A stretch of DNA of 62,760 nt from Coprothermobacterota bacterium (GTDB taxonomy: Bacteria > Caldisericota > JANLFM01): assembly GCA_026389455.1 (NCBI GenBank), contig JAPLHV010000034.1, forward strand, positions 1-62,760, given 5' to 3'. Made by a program: the position numbers and the translations under genes. The notes under the pieces are model-generated. The model ran no database searches, had not been told where the DNA came from, and saw only the letters and a program-made list of their open reading frames with translations. Each line of letters begins with the position of its first letter. Within the stretch, counting starts at the first letter, position 1. This document shows positions 47,898 to 57,105 of this stretch, piece by piece.

Positions 47898-49379
47898 ATG
47901 AACCGCACCAACAAACCGTTTGTACACATCACCGATACCGTCTACCGCGACGCCCACCAGTCGCTGATCGCCACCCGCATGCGCACCGAAGATATGGCGC
48001 CGATGATCGAGTACATGGATCAGATGGGTTACTGGTCCTTCGAGATGTGGGGAGGCGCCACCTTCGATTCCATGCTGCGTTTCCTCAACGAGAACCCCTG
48101 GGAACGCATCCGCATCTTCAAAAAGCATTGCCGGAACACTCGCCTGCAGATGCTTCTTCGCGGCCAAAACCTGGTTGGCTACAAGCATTACGCCGACGAC
48201 ATTCTGGAGCGCTTCATCCGCCACGCCGCCGACTTGGGGATCAATGTCTTCCGCGTCTTCGACGCCCTTAACGACATCCGCAACATGGAGAAGGCCATCC
48301 GCGTAGCCAAGTCCACCGGCGCCACCGTGCAGGGCTGCATGAGCTACACCCTCAGCCCGGTGCACTCCATCGACGGCTTTGTGGGATTGGCTAAGGAACT
48401 GAAACAGCTCGGTTGCGACATCATCACCATCAAGGACATGGCCGGCCTGATCTCCCCGGCGTCAGCCCTCGAGCTGGTTTCCAAGCTGAAAAAGCAGGTC
48501 GGGTTGCCCGTCTGTCTTCACTCCCACTGCACCACTGGGATGGCGCCTACCTCCTACTTCAAGGCTGCCGAGGCTGGAGTGGACATCCTCGACTGCGCCC
48601 TCTCGCCCTTCGGCTCCGGAACCTCACAGCCCCCGACCGAGACGATGGTGGAAATGCTGGAGAGCGCCGGCTTCTCGACCGGGGTGGATGCCGGCAAGTT
48701 TCTGGAAGCGGCAGAGTACTTCCAGGAGATCAAGGACTCCATCTACGCTTCCCTCATCACTCCGGTAGCCGAGCGAGTCGATGTCCGCGCCTTGATCTAC
48801 CAGGTGCCCGGTGGGATGCTGACCAACATGGTCTCTCAATTGGAGAAGCAAAACGCTTCGGACAAATTCAAGGCGGTGCTACAGGAGATCCCCAAGGTGC
48901 GAGCCGATTTGGGGTACGTTCCCCTGGTGACCCCCACTTCGCAGATCGTTGGCACCCAGGCCACTATGAACATCCTCTCCGGCGAGCGCTACAAGATTAT
49001 CATCCAGGAGGTCAAAGATCTCTGCAAGGGCCTCTATGGACGGACCCCCGCCCCCATCGACCCCGGATTGATCAAGAAAGCGATCGGCGATGCCGAGCGC
49101 ATCACCGACAGGCCGGCCAACCACATCCCGCCCGACTGGGAGAACTGCAAAGTAGGAATGGCCCCCTACTCCCAGGAGGAAGAGGATATCCTCACCTACG
49201 CCCTCTACCCCAGCGTGGCCAAGGAGTACTTCGAGGCCAAGGCCGACCCGATCAAGTGGAAAGCGCGAGAGGAATCCCTGCGGTTCGGCAAACCCCTCCC
49301 CGACGGCCACCCCCAGCGCCAGTTCATCCTGCGCATCAACGGGGAGGACTATGAGGTGGGGATCACCGAACAGGAATAG
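47898..49379 (+). CDS. Pyruvate/oxaloacetate carboxyltransferase (OadA/transcarboxylase 5S-like, no biotin domain)
   Basis: RDAHQSL, WGGATFD, IKDMAG, HSHCT, VPGGM, LVTPTSQ. Confidence 0.93.
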   Translation: MNRTNKPFVHITDTVYRDAHQSLIATRMRTEDMAPMIEYMDQMGYWSFEMWGGATFDSMLRFLNENPWERIRIFKKHCRNTRLQMLLRGQNLVGYKHYADDILERFIRHAADLGINVFRVFDALNDIRNMEKAIRVAKSTGATVQGCMSYTLSPVHSIDGFVGLAKELKQLGCDIITIKDMAGLISPASALELVSKLKKQVGLPVCLHSHCTTGMAPTSYFKAAEAGVDILDCALSPFGSGTSQPPTETMVEMLESAGFSTGVDAGKFLEAAEYFQEIKDSIYASLITPVAERVDVRALIYQVPGGMLTNMVSQLEKQNASDKFKAVLQEIPKVRADLGYVPLVTPTSQIVGTQATMNILSGERYKIIIQEVKDLCKGLYGRTPAPIDPGLIKKAIGDAERITDRPANHIPPDWENCKVGMAPYSQEEEDILTYALYPSVAKEYFEAKADPIKWKAREESLRFGKPLPDGHPQRQFILRINGEDYEVGITEQE

Positions 49380-49405
49380 GCAGCTCTTCTCTGGATCTGT
49401 AGGCT

Positions 49406-49456
49406 CTTTGGGGGCAGATTTAAATCTGTCCCCAAAGTTTTTGGAAATCTGTCCCC
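49406..49456. repeat. GGGGACAGATTT palindrome (one mismatch) plus an extra half-site
   Basis: ctttgggggcagattt-aaatctgtccccaaag ... ggaaatctgtcccc. Confidence 0.85.
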
Positions 49457-49460
49457 TTGA

Positions 49461-50630
49461 TCAGGGGAAAAGCGCATTCGCCAGGAAACGCTCCAGCACG
49501 CCAGCATCCCGTTCCCATAACCTCAGGTCAATCCATTCCTCTGGTTGATGAGCCTGGGCGATATCCCCCGGCCCGAAGAGGGCGAAAGCTGGAGATCCCG
49601 TTGGGAAGAGTGTCGGAAGGTCGGTACAGTACGTGGCCGCCTCCCATAGCGGACGCTCCCCCCGCACCAGCGTATAGGCGCCGGCCAGCATCTGCAGGAA
49701 GGGATTCTCTAACAGCGTCACCATTGGCCGCTTGTAGCTGATCGTCTCCCAGGAGAAACGGCCCGGCGCCGCTGCCTTGGACCCCTCTTCTTCTAGCGCA
49801 GCGATGATTGACGCTTTGGCCTCCTCGCTGCCCAGGCGGATGTCCAGCTCGGCCTTGGCGCGATCCGGGACAATGTTGACCTGACGACCCCCCTCTATCC
49901 GGCCGACATTGAGCGTGGCCTTTCCCAGGAGAGAAGTGGAGGGCAGCTCCTCGACCTTCGACTGGATCTCCAAGAGGAACCGCGCGCAGGCCATCACTGC
50001 GTTGATCCCTTCGGCGGGGGTGGATCCGTGGGCTTCTTTGCCGAAGAAGGAGGCGCGCAGCCAGAACTCACCGCGCTCCCCTACCAGCACCTGGCCGGCA
50101 GTGGGCTCGGCGATTAAGGTGAAGAGCGCGTCCTCCACCAATCCAGCCTTGGTCATGGCCTCTGCGCCACGATAGCCGTCCTCTTCATCGGCAGACAACA
50201 ACAGGCGCAAGGAGCAGCGAGGCGGACCCTCGCGCCTGGCGCGTTCAGCAACGGCGGCGAAGGCTTCCAGCAACATGGCGACTCCCCCCTTCATATCCGT
50301 CGCTCCCAGCCCGAAAAGTCGATCTCCCACGAGGCGCGGTAGATAGGGATCGGCCTGCCAGCCCTTGGGAGAGGCAGCCCCGCTGTCGCCGCCTGGGCTT
50401 ACCGTATCCAGGTGGCCGCAGAGGAGCAACGCTCCTCCTTCTCGTCCCGGGATCGTGGCAGTCAAGGAGGAACGTCCCGGCGCGTAATCCAACAGAGCGC
50501 TGGGGATGCCTCGTCGATCCAACCAAGCCGCAATCCAAGCAGCGAGAGGGCGCTCGTCTCCCGGTGGGTTGGGGCTGGGGATCGCCACCAAGGAGGAGAT
50601 CAGCTCCCCTCCCCTCCTACGAACTGCCAT
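49461..50630 (-). CDS. M20 peptidase, ArgE/DapE family
   Basis: GHLDTV, GATDMKGG, DEE, AEPT, AHQPEE. Confidence 0.88.
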   Translation of the reverse strand: MAVRRRGGELISSLVAIPSPNPPGDERPLAAWIAAWLDRRGIPSALLDYAPGRSSLTATIPGREGGALLLCGHLDTVSPGGDSGAASPKGWQADPYLPRLVGDRLFGLGATDMKGGVAMLLEAFAAVAERARREGPPRCSLRLLLSADEEDGYRGAEAMTKAGLVEDALFTLIAEPTAGQVLVGERGEFWLRASFFGKEAHGSTPAEGINAVMACARFLLEIQSKVEELPSTSLLGKATLNVGRIEGGRQVNIVPDRAKAELDIRLGSEEAKASIIAALEEEGSKAAAPGRFSWETISYKRPMVTLLENPFLQMLAGAYTLVRGERPLWEAATYCTDLPTLFPTGSPAFALFGPGDIAQAHQPEEWIDLRLWERDAGVLERFLANALFP

Positions 50631-51807
50631 TGCCGAAACCTTCCGGTGGGTTCAGATAGAGTCGGGGGACTTGCTTGCCGATGGCGCAGAGGATCTCATA
50701 GCTGATCGTTCCGATCTTTGCCGCCAACTCGTCAACCGGCAATCCTGGGCCGAAGACAAGCACTTCTTCGCCGGCTTGCACATCACCCAAGGCGGTGACG
50801 TCGGCCATCGTCAAGTCCATGCAAATGGTCCCGATCTGAGGGACCCGCTGACCTCGCAGGATCACCTCAGCCTTGTTGGAGAGAAAGCGGCTGTACCCGT
50901 CGGCGTACCCCACCGGCAAGGTAGCGACGAGCGTTTCCCGGGTGGCAGTGAAGGTACACCCGTAGCTGATGCTGCTCCCGGCTGGGACGCGATTGACCGC
51001 CATCACCCGGGTGGTCAGTTCCATCGCCGGGAGAAGAGGGATGCTGCGCTGGATCTCGGCGGTGGGGTAAACCCCGTACAAGAGAAGACCGGGTCGAACC
51101 ATGTCATAATAGGAATCAGGCAAGTCAAGGGTGGCAGCGCTGTTGGCAAAATGCCTGAGGGGAACTTCGATGCCTTCGCTTCGCAGGGCGGCCAGTACTT
51201 CCTCGAACTTCTCCATCTGCTCGAGGGAGTAGCGCTTGTCCGGCGCGTCGGCTGCGGCGAAGTGGCTGAACAACCCTTCCAGTTCCAGGTGCGGCAGGCG
51301 GGAGATAGCTCGTGCCAGGGGAAGGGCATCCTCCGGTCGAGCGCCGATACGGCCCATCCCGGTGTCCACTTTCAGATGCACCACCGCCTTGCGCCCCTGG
51401 CGGGAAGCAGCTCTATCCAACGCTTCAGCCAGCTCCAGCGTAGCCACGGTTTGGGTGAGTCCCAAGGCGACAACCTGTTCAGCCTCGCTGGGCTCGATCA
51501 GGCCGAAGATCAGGATCGGGCAACGAAACCCTGAGGCTCGCAACGAACGGCCCTCTTCCGGCCGGGTTACGGCCAAGTAGTCAGCCCCTCCAGCCAACAC
51601 CGCCTGGGTGACAGGGACTGCGCCGTGGCCGTAGCCGTCGGCCTTGACCACGGCCATCAGCTTGCAGCGGGATCCGATCTTCTCCTTGATGCGCGCCGTG
51701 TTAGCCCGGATCGCCCCCAGGTCGACGACGGCCCGGGTGGCACGCACCAAGCCGGGCTGCTTCTTGGTGGGTTTGAGTGTGATGGACTCTTCAGAGGTAA
51801 GGGTCAT
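50617..51807 (-). CDS. alr: Alanine racemase
   Basis: AVVKADGYGHG, KVDTGMGRIG, SHFAAAD, VRPG, GYADG, GTICMD, GTISYE. Confidence 0.97.
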   Translation of the reverse strand: MTLTSEESITLKPTKKQPGLVRATRAVVDLGAIRANTARIKEKIGSRCKLMAVVKADGYGHGAVPVTQAVLAGGADYLAVTRPEEGRSLRASGFRCPILIFGLIEPSEAEQVVALGLTQTVATLELAEALDRAASRQGRKAVVHLKVDTGMGRIGARPEDALPLARAISRLPHLELEGLFSHFAAADAPDKRYSLEQMEKFEEVLAALRSEGIEVPLRHFANSAATLDLPDSYYDMVRPGLLLYGVYPTAEIQRSIPLLPAMELTTRVMAVNRVPAGSSISYGCTFTATRETLVATLPVGYADGYSRFLSNKAEVILRGQRVPQIGTICMDLTMADVTALGDVQAGEEVLVFGPGLPVDELAAKIGTISYEILCAIGKQVPRLYLNPPEGFGNGSS

Positions 51808-51808
51808 C

Positions 51809-52369
51809 TCAGTCGTAGCGCTCCTCTTTCCAGGGGTCGGCGGAATTGGAGTAACCGCGCGTTTCCCAATACCCCAGCATCTCCTCTGCCAGGAAGCGGA
51901 TCACGCGCAGCCATTTGATCGCCTTGTAGGCATATTTCCCGGGCACGAAAAACCGCAGTGGGCCTCCATTGGAGGGTGGAATGGGCGACCCGTTCAGCTT
52001 CCAACTGATGATAGCCGGTTCCTTGCGCAGGTAATCCAAGGGGAGGTTGGTGGAGTAGAGGCCTTCCGCTTGGAATAATACATGAAGGGCTTCCGGCTTG
52101 GGCTGAACCAATTCCAGCAAGCGGGCGAAAGTCAAACCGCCCATCCGCAGATCGAAGGCGCTCCATCCGGTTACGCAGTGGAAATCACCCACCAGCAGCT
52201 CATCGAAGGCACTCTTCAATTGGGGCAATGTCCAAAGGACGGGTGTCTCGATCAAGCCCTCCACCTTCAGCGTCCAAGCCCCAAGGGGGAGTGAGGGGAT
52301 GGGGCTCTCGATATGCAGTGGGATCAGCGCCTTGGAAAAGCGCTGGTTGGGGGGCATCCGTTCTTTCAT
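51809..52369 (-). CDS. Sulfite-oxidase-family molybdopterin-binding protein (TM0442/MsrP-like short form)
   Basis: DFHCVTGWS, YSTNLPL, GGPLRFFVPGKYAYKAIKW, GYWETRGY; ATG 52369 overlaps the HAD stop. Confidence 0.88.
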   Translation of the reverse strand: MKERMPPNQRFSKALIPLHIESPIPSLPLGAWTLKVEGLIETPVLWTLPQLKSAFDELLVGDFHCVTGWSAFDLRMGGLTFARLLELVQPKPEALHVLFQAEGLYSTNLPLDYLRKEPAIISWKLNGSPIPPSNGGPLRFFVPGKYAYKAIKWLRVIRFLAEEMLGYWETRGYSNSADPWKEERYD

Positions 52370-53082
52370 TCCAGTATCTCCCTTCTCAATAATTCGACGA
52401 GATCGCGCAGGACATGCGGCGCCTCGGGGTAACGACCTCTCCGGTCCACCAAGTAGGGTTGCATCCCCACCCCTTGCGCTCCCTCCACATCCTCCTCGGG
52501 CATATCGCCGACATAGACGCACTGCTCGGCAGTCAAGCCGGTCATCTCCAGCGCCAAGCGAAAGGGAAGGGGGGAGGGCTTGATGGCCGGGGCGTCTTCG
52601 CGTGCGATTACAGCCGTGAAGAACGAAGTGAGCTGGAAGGAAGCCAGCTTCTGCCGGACCCCCTCGCCGGGGCGGGAGGAGATGAGAGCCAAGGTGCAAC
52701 CATCCGAGAATAGCCGCTGCAGCACGGGTCGAGTCTCGGGGTAGAGACGATCCCCTTCCCGGCGGTCCATCTCCGCGCGCAGGCGCCCGGCCAGATCGGT
52801 CAGATCCAACCCGAGGGAACCTCTCTCGTCCAGTCCCAGGCACTGGAAGATCCGTCCGGCGAAAGCACGCCAGATCTCTTCCCCCGAATTGAGACGAAAG
52901 CTTGATTGACGGTACCATTCCCGGGCGGCATAGTAGGCACTGTAGACCTCTTCCAGGGAATAGTAGAAGCCCAACCGGCCCATCGTCTGATAGAAATCCT
53001 CTTCCGGGGCGCGGAGCAAGGTTCCATCCATGTCGAAAAAATAGCCGCGGTGTTTCCAGAAGCTCGTCGTAATGTGGTTCAT
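52366..53082 (-). CDS. HAD-family hydrolase
   Basis: FDMDGTL, ISS, KP, VGDMPEEDV. Confidence 0.9.
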   Translation of the reverse strand: MNHITTSFWKHRGYFFDMDGTLLRAPEEDFYQTMGRLGFYYSLEEVYSAYYAAREWYRQSSFRLNSGEEIWRAFAGRIFQCLGLDERGSLGLDLTDLAGRLRAEMDRREGDRLYPETRPVLQRLFSDGCTLALISSRPGEGVRQKLASFQLTSFFTAVIAREDAPAIKPSPLPFRLALEMTGLTAEQCVYVGDMPEEDVEGAQGVGMQPYLVDRRGRYPEAPHVLRDLVELLRREILE

Positions 53083-53148
53083 TTCAATGACTCCCTAGTA
53101 TACCCAACTTGCGGGAATTCTTCTCGTTGGCGCAACATCACAGCTCGC

Positions 53149-53250
53149 GAAGGGGCGTCGCATGCGTCGCCCCTACCAGCTCCCGGCAGCTCGATAGCCC
53201 CCGGCAGCTCGATAGCTCCCGGCAGCTCGATAGCTCCCGGCAGGGGAGTT
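53149..53250. repeat. Composite: GTAG REP on the minus strand (53149-53176) plus variant 18-bp array (53178-53243)
   Basis: gaaggggcgtcgcatgcgtcgcccctac; ctcgatagcycccggcag x3 plus a partial, ending gggagttc. Confidence 0.88.
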
Positions 53251-53400
53251 CTGTGTCGCGATCGGTAAAGTCGGAGAAGGGTTCATGACCGGTTAGACGG
53301 GGGGAGGCAGTGTGAATGCCTGAGCCTCTGAAACTCCTCCCCTCCCGCCTGAGCCACAGCAGCGACTGTTGCGACGTTCTGATAGAATACCTTCGGAAAA

Positions 53401-54387
53401 ATGCTGGCCCTTGTGATCGTGATCATTGGCGTTGCCTTGGTCTTCGATTTCCTCAACGGTTTTCACGACGCTGCGAACTCTATCGCCACGATCGTCTCCA
53501 CCCGGGTGCTGACTCCACGCTTAGCGGTGATCTGGGCGGCTTTCTTCAATTTCGTGGCGGCCTTCACCTTCGGCACCGGGGTGGCGCACACCATCGGCGC
53601 AGGGCTGGTCGATATCGCCAGCACCGATGTCTACGTGATCCTGGCCGGCCTCTTGGGGGCCATTTTCTGGAATCTGCTGACCTGGTGGCTGGGCTTGCCG
53701 ATCTCCTCCTCGCACGCCTTGATCGGCGGGTATGCTGGCGCGGCGGTGATCAAATCCGGCTTCTCGGTATTGATCCTGAGCGGGTGGTTGAAAGTGCTGG
53801 CTTTCATCATCATCTCCCCCCTCATCGGCCTGATCTTGGGCTACAGCTTCATGCTCTTCATCTTTTGGCTTTATCGCAAACGAAGCGCCTACCGCGTCGA
53901 CCACACCTTTCGTCGCCTGCAACTGGTATCAGCCGCGGCCTATTCCTTGGGCCACGGTACCAACGATGCCCAAAAAACGATGGGGATCATCGCTATGGTT
54001 CTGTATACATCTGGCTACCTACAGACCTACGACATCCCCATCTACGTGATCTTGATGTGCCACGCTGCCATCGCTTTGGGGACTCTCTCGGGAGGTTGGC
54101 GCATCGTCAAGACGCTGGGCAGTAAGATCACCAAGCTGCAGCCGGTGGGCGGGTTTGCCGCTGAGACAGCAGGGGCCATTACCATCATCGGCTCCTCCCT
54201 GCTGGGCATCCCCGTCTCCACCACCCAAACCATCACCGGAGCAATTTTAGGCGTAGGCTCAGCTCGCCGAGTCAAGTCGGTCCACTGGGGGGTGGCTCGC
54301 TCCATCGTCTGGGCCTGGGTCTTCACCATCCCGGTGGCAGCCGGCGTTGGCGCCTTGGCTTACCTGGTGATTCGACTGTTCATCTAG
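53401..54387 (+). CDS. pit: Inorganic phosphate transporter (PiT family)
   Basis: NGFHDAANSIAT, GHGTNDAQK, PVSTT. Confidence 0.95.
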   Translation: MLALVIVIIGVALVFDFLNGFHDAANSIATIVSTRVLTPRLAVIWAAFFNFVAAFTFGTGVAHTIGAGLVDIASTDVYVILAGLLGAIFWNLLTWWLGLPISSSHALIGGYAGAAVIKSGFSVLILSGWLKVLAFIIISPLIGLILGYSFMLFIFWLYRKRSAYRVDHTFRRLQLVSAAAYSLGHGTNDAQKTMGIIAMVLYTSGYLQTYDIPIYVILMCHAAIALGTLSGGWRIVKTLGSKITKLQPVGGFAAETAGAITIIGSSLLGIPVSTTQTITGAILGVGSARRVKSVHWGVARSIVWAWVFTIPVAAGVGALAYLVIRLFI

Positions 54388-54476
54388 TGATCAAGTAATT
54401 TAGTAATTAAGTGATCAAGTAATCAAGTAGTTACTTAACTACTAAACCACTGAACTACTTACCTACTGCCCCACTG
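54385..54476. repeat. Inverted octamer array between convergent pit and DUF47 (probably also a bidirectional terminator)
   Basis: tagtgatc aagtaatt tagtaatt aagtgatc aagtaatc aagtagtt actt aactacta aaccactg aactactt acctactg ccccactg. Confidence 0.88.
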
Positions 54477-54483
54477 ACCTACA

Positions 54484-55104
54484 CTACGCATTCTTAATAA
54501 CGATGTTCTGGATCACGTCGGCCACGTCCTCACACTTATCCAACGCCTCCTCCAGCATGTCATAGATCTCCTTCAACTTCAGGATCTCCAACGGGTTTCC
54601 CTTGCTGTCGGCGAAGAGCAGGGCGATGGCTTTGCGATAAGTGTCATCTCCCTCATTCTCCAGACTATGCACCTCGATCCAATAGGGGGCCAATTTCTGG
54701 TAGTGAGGCAGCAGGTCGACAGCCTGCTTCAGTACCTTGACTGTCCTCAACAGCGTCTCGGTCATGGCGATCATGGCAGCATTGGGCTGATGCAGCGAGT
54801 ACAGCACAACGCTGTCGGCGACTGCCTCGGTGAAATCCACCACGTCGTCCATCGAGGCGGCCAAAGCGTAGATGTCCTCCCGATCGATGGGGGTGACGAA
54901 ACTCTGGTTGACCAGGCGGTTCACCTCGTGACTGAGGGTGTCGCACTCATGCTCGATCTCCTTAATGCGGCGGGACTTCTCGACTACCGAAGTGAAGTCC
55001 ACCATCAGGTCCAGCAAGAGTTCGACGGCGCGAACGGCTTTGGTCATGGTGGCTGAAAAAAGGTCAAAGAACTTCGTGTCACGGGGAAAAAGGTTCAGCT
55101 TCAT
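54484..55104 (-). CDS. DUF47 / PhoU-like phosphate transport regulator
   Basis: EHECD, SFVTPIDREDI, ENEGD, LKEIYDMLE, DKCEDVA. Confidence 0.92.
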   Translation of the reverse strand: MKLNLFPRDTKFFDLFSATMTKAVRAVELLLDLMVDFTSVVEKSRRIKEIEHECDTLSHEVNRLVNQSFVTPIDREDIYALAASMDDVVDFTEAVADSVVLYSLHQPNAAMIAMTETLLRTVKVLKQAVDLLPHYQKLAPYWIEVHSLENEGDDTYRKAIALLFADSKGNPLEILKLKEIYDMLEEALDKCEDVADVIQNIVIKNA

Positions 55105-55172
55105 GGGGAAAATCTAGCTTAAAGCGCGGCCGGCGGCAAGGGGGAGCATGACCGAAGGGCCGCCTCCCATGG

Positions 55173-55508
55173 TCACTTCCGAGGCGGAGGCGTTTGGGTG
55201 GGAGAGGGCGCCTTGCCGGGGGCTAACTTGTTGATTTTGAAGAGGGTACGGAAAAAAGCCATCGTTCCAGCTTGGAATGCCGAAACTTCGGCCAAAGGCT
55301 CCACCACCGTCTGGGCTGTCCGGCGTGTGGTCTCCTCCACTTTCCGAGCCTGTTCCGACAGGTTCCCCAAGGCTTGGCCGGCCGCCCTCTGCGCTTTCCG
55401 GGTGAAAACGAAGAGGGCATAGAGCGCCACCGCCAAGCCGAGCAGGAAGAAAAGGGCCAACACTGCCAAAATGATCAGGGCGATGTCGCGCCAGAGGTGC
55501 AGATCCAC
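55173..55508 (-). CDS. Hypothetical membrane-anchored coiled-coil protein (DUF948/YtxG-like)
   Basis: RDIALII N-terminal TM followed by a helical region; coupled to neighbours. Confidence 0.6.
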   Translation of the reverse strand: MDLHLWRDIALIILAVLALFFLLGLAVALYALFVFTRKAQRAAGQALGNLSEQARKVEETTRRTAQTVVEPLAEVSAFQAGTMAFFRTLFKINKLAPGKAPSPTQTPPPRK

Positions 55509-55509
55509 C

Positions 55510-55698
55510 TTATCCCTCCAGCTTGCCTAAGATCTCTTCGCGGGTGGCCTGCGCGGCTTTCTGCGCCTCTTCCCACGCTTCCCGCACGCGCTCCTCGGCC
55601 AAGATGCGGAAATCCTCCCCTTTCATCGGGGCGTAAAGGAGGCCGATCACGCCCCCCAGCAACCCGCCCAGGAGAAATCCCAACCAGAATTTTTTCAT
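55510..55698 (-). CDS. YtxH domain protein
   Basis: FWLGFLLGGLLGGVIGLLYAP.KGE; SD GAGGAGG before ATG 55698. Confidence 0.8.
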   Translation of the reverse strand: MKKFWLGFLLGGLLGGVIGLLYAPMKGEDFRILAEERVREAWEEAQKAAQATREEILGKLEG

Positions 55699-55700
55699 GC

Positions 55701-56012
55701 CTACCTCCTCAAAAAACCGCGAATGATCCCCCACACCAAGCTGACTTGGCCCCAGGTGCGGCCGATACGGGTTAGTGGGAGCAAGGTGGAGAGGAACTGC
55801 TGCATCGGTTCGGCCATACTCTGGAAAGCCGCTGCCATCCCGCGCACGCTCTGCATCGTCGCTTTCCCGTTCGCCAAGATGGGCTGCAGATCCGCGCGCA
55901 GGTGACGTAAAAGGGAGAGGACAGCCAAAAAAAGAGCTACCATCAACCCGAGCGAGATCAGGCTGACCGCCGCCAGAATGATAATTGCAACATCTCGAAA
56001 ATCTCCCAGCAT
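55701..56012 (-). CDS. Hypothetical membrane-anchored protein (DUF948/YtxG-like)
   Basis: RDVAIII TM start similar to 55173-55508; GGTGAGG SD. Confidence 0.6.
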   Translation of the reverse strand: MLGDFRDVAIIILAAVSLISLGLMVALFLAVLSLLRHLRADLQPILANGKATMQSVRGMAAAFQSMAEPMQQFLSTLLPLTRIGRTWGQVSLVWGIIRGFLRR

Positions 56013-56109
56013 CGCCTCACCTGCCTTCGCTTGGATAACTCTTCTATAGCACAGCTTTGACCGTTCCGCTAGACTTGTTCGAGTAAATCAAGTTTTACAA
56101 GGAAAATCG

Positions 56110-57105
56110 ATGAACATTCTGATTACGGGAACCACATCTGGGATTGGGTTGACGACCGCCCTGCATCTGATCGCCCGAGGCCACCGCGTGGTCGGCGCCG
56201 GACGTCACCCCGAGACCATCCCGCGGGAAGAACTGAAACGGCGCGTCCTGGCTGATCATACCCGCTACCGCCTGGCCGATGGCGGCAGAAAAGCAACGCC
56301 TATCGGCTCCTGCCTTCCGCCACCCTTGCAAGATCTGGATGGCCTGCTCGCCAAACTGCACATCGTTGTCATGGACATGAGCGAGGTCCAGGCCGTGAAA
56401 AAAGGGGTAGAGGACGCTTTGGCCCTCTTGGATGGCCGGATCGATGTGCTTCACTCCAATGCCGGAATGGGGATCTTCGGGGCTGTTGAGGAAGTCGACG
56501 AAGATTTGCTCCGCCGCCAGTTCGAAGCCAACGTCTTCGGGCCACAGCGCCTTCTCCACCAGATCCTCCCACTGATGCGGGCACAGCGGTCCGGAAAGAT
56601 ACTCTTCACCAGCTCGATCGGCGGCCTTTTCGGAATCCCCTTCCAAAGCCACTACTCCGCCAGTAAAAGCGCTCTCGAGCGAATCGCTGAAGGGCTCGCT
56701 ATCGAGGTGAGACCCTTCGGCATCCAAGTGGCGGTAATCGAGCCGGGCGACATCAACACGGCCTTTAACCGGACCACTGCCGAAGCGGTGACCGATCTGC
56801 GGAAGGCTGCAGGCAGCGCCGACTTGACGCAACTGCTGGAGGCCTTCCCGCTCCCCACTGCTTCTCCCTACTGGAAGCAAGCCGGCAATACCTGGAATTA
56901 CATCATTCGCACCCTCCCGCTGAAGCCCTCCCCTTCCACTGTAGCCCGCCTGGTGGTGCGCCTGGTGGAAGCAAAGCATTTGCACGGCTTCCGTTACACA
57001 GCCGGGGAGTGGAGCCAGCGCATCCTTCCCTTCGCGCGTCGTCTCCTCCCCGATAAGGTTGCTGAAAGCGTGATCAGCGCCATCTACGAGCTGAATAAAC
57101 GGTGA
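56110..57105 (+). CDS. Short-chain dehydrogenase/reductase
   Basis: TGTTSGIG, SNAG, SS, YSASK, PGDI. Confidence 0.9.
   Translation: MNILITGTTSGIGLTTALHLIARGHRVVGAGRHPETIPREELKRRVLADHTRYRLADGGRKATPIGSCLPPPLQDLDGLLAKLHIVVMDMSEVQAVKKGVEDALALLDGRIDVLHSNAGMGIFGAVEEVDEDLLRRQFEANVFGPQRLLHQILPLMRAQRSGKILFTSSIGGLFGIPFQSHYSASKSALERIAEGLAIEVRPFGIQVAVIEPGDINTAFNRTTAEAVTDLRKAAGSADLTQLLEAFPLPTASPYWKQAGNTWNYIIRTLPLKPSPSTVARLVVRLVEAKHLHGFRYTAGEWSQRILPFARRLLPDKVAESVISAIYELNKR

Noticed and set aside
51809-52918. 369-aa version of the molybdopterin protein
   Set aside because: The N-terminal 183 aa are an alternative frame of the HAD gene; the domain starts at ATG 52369.
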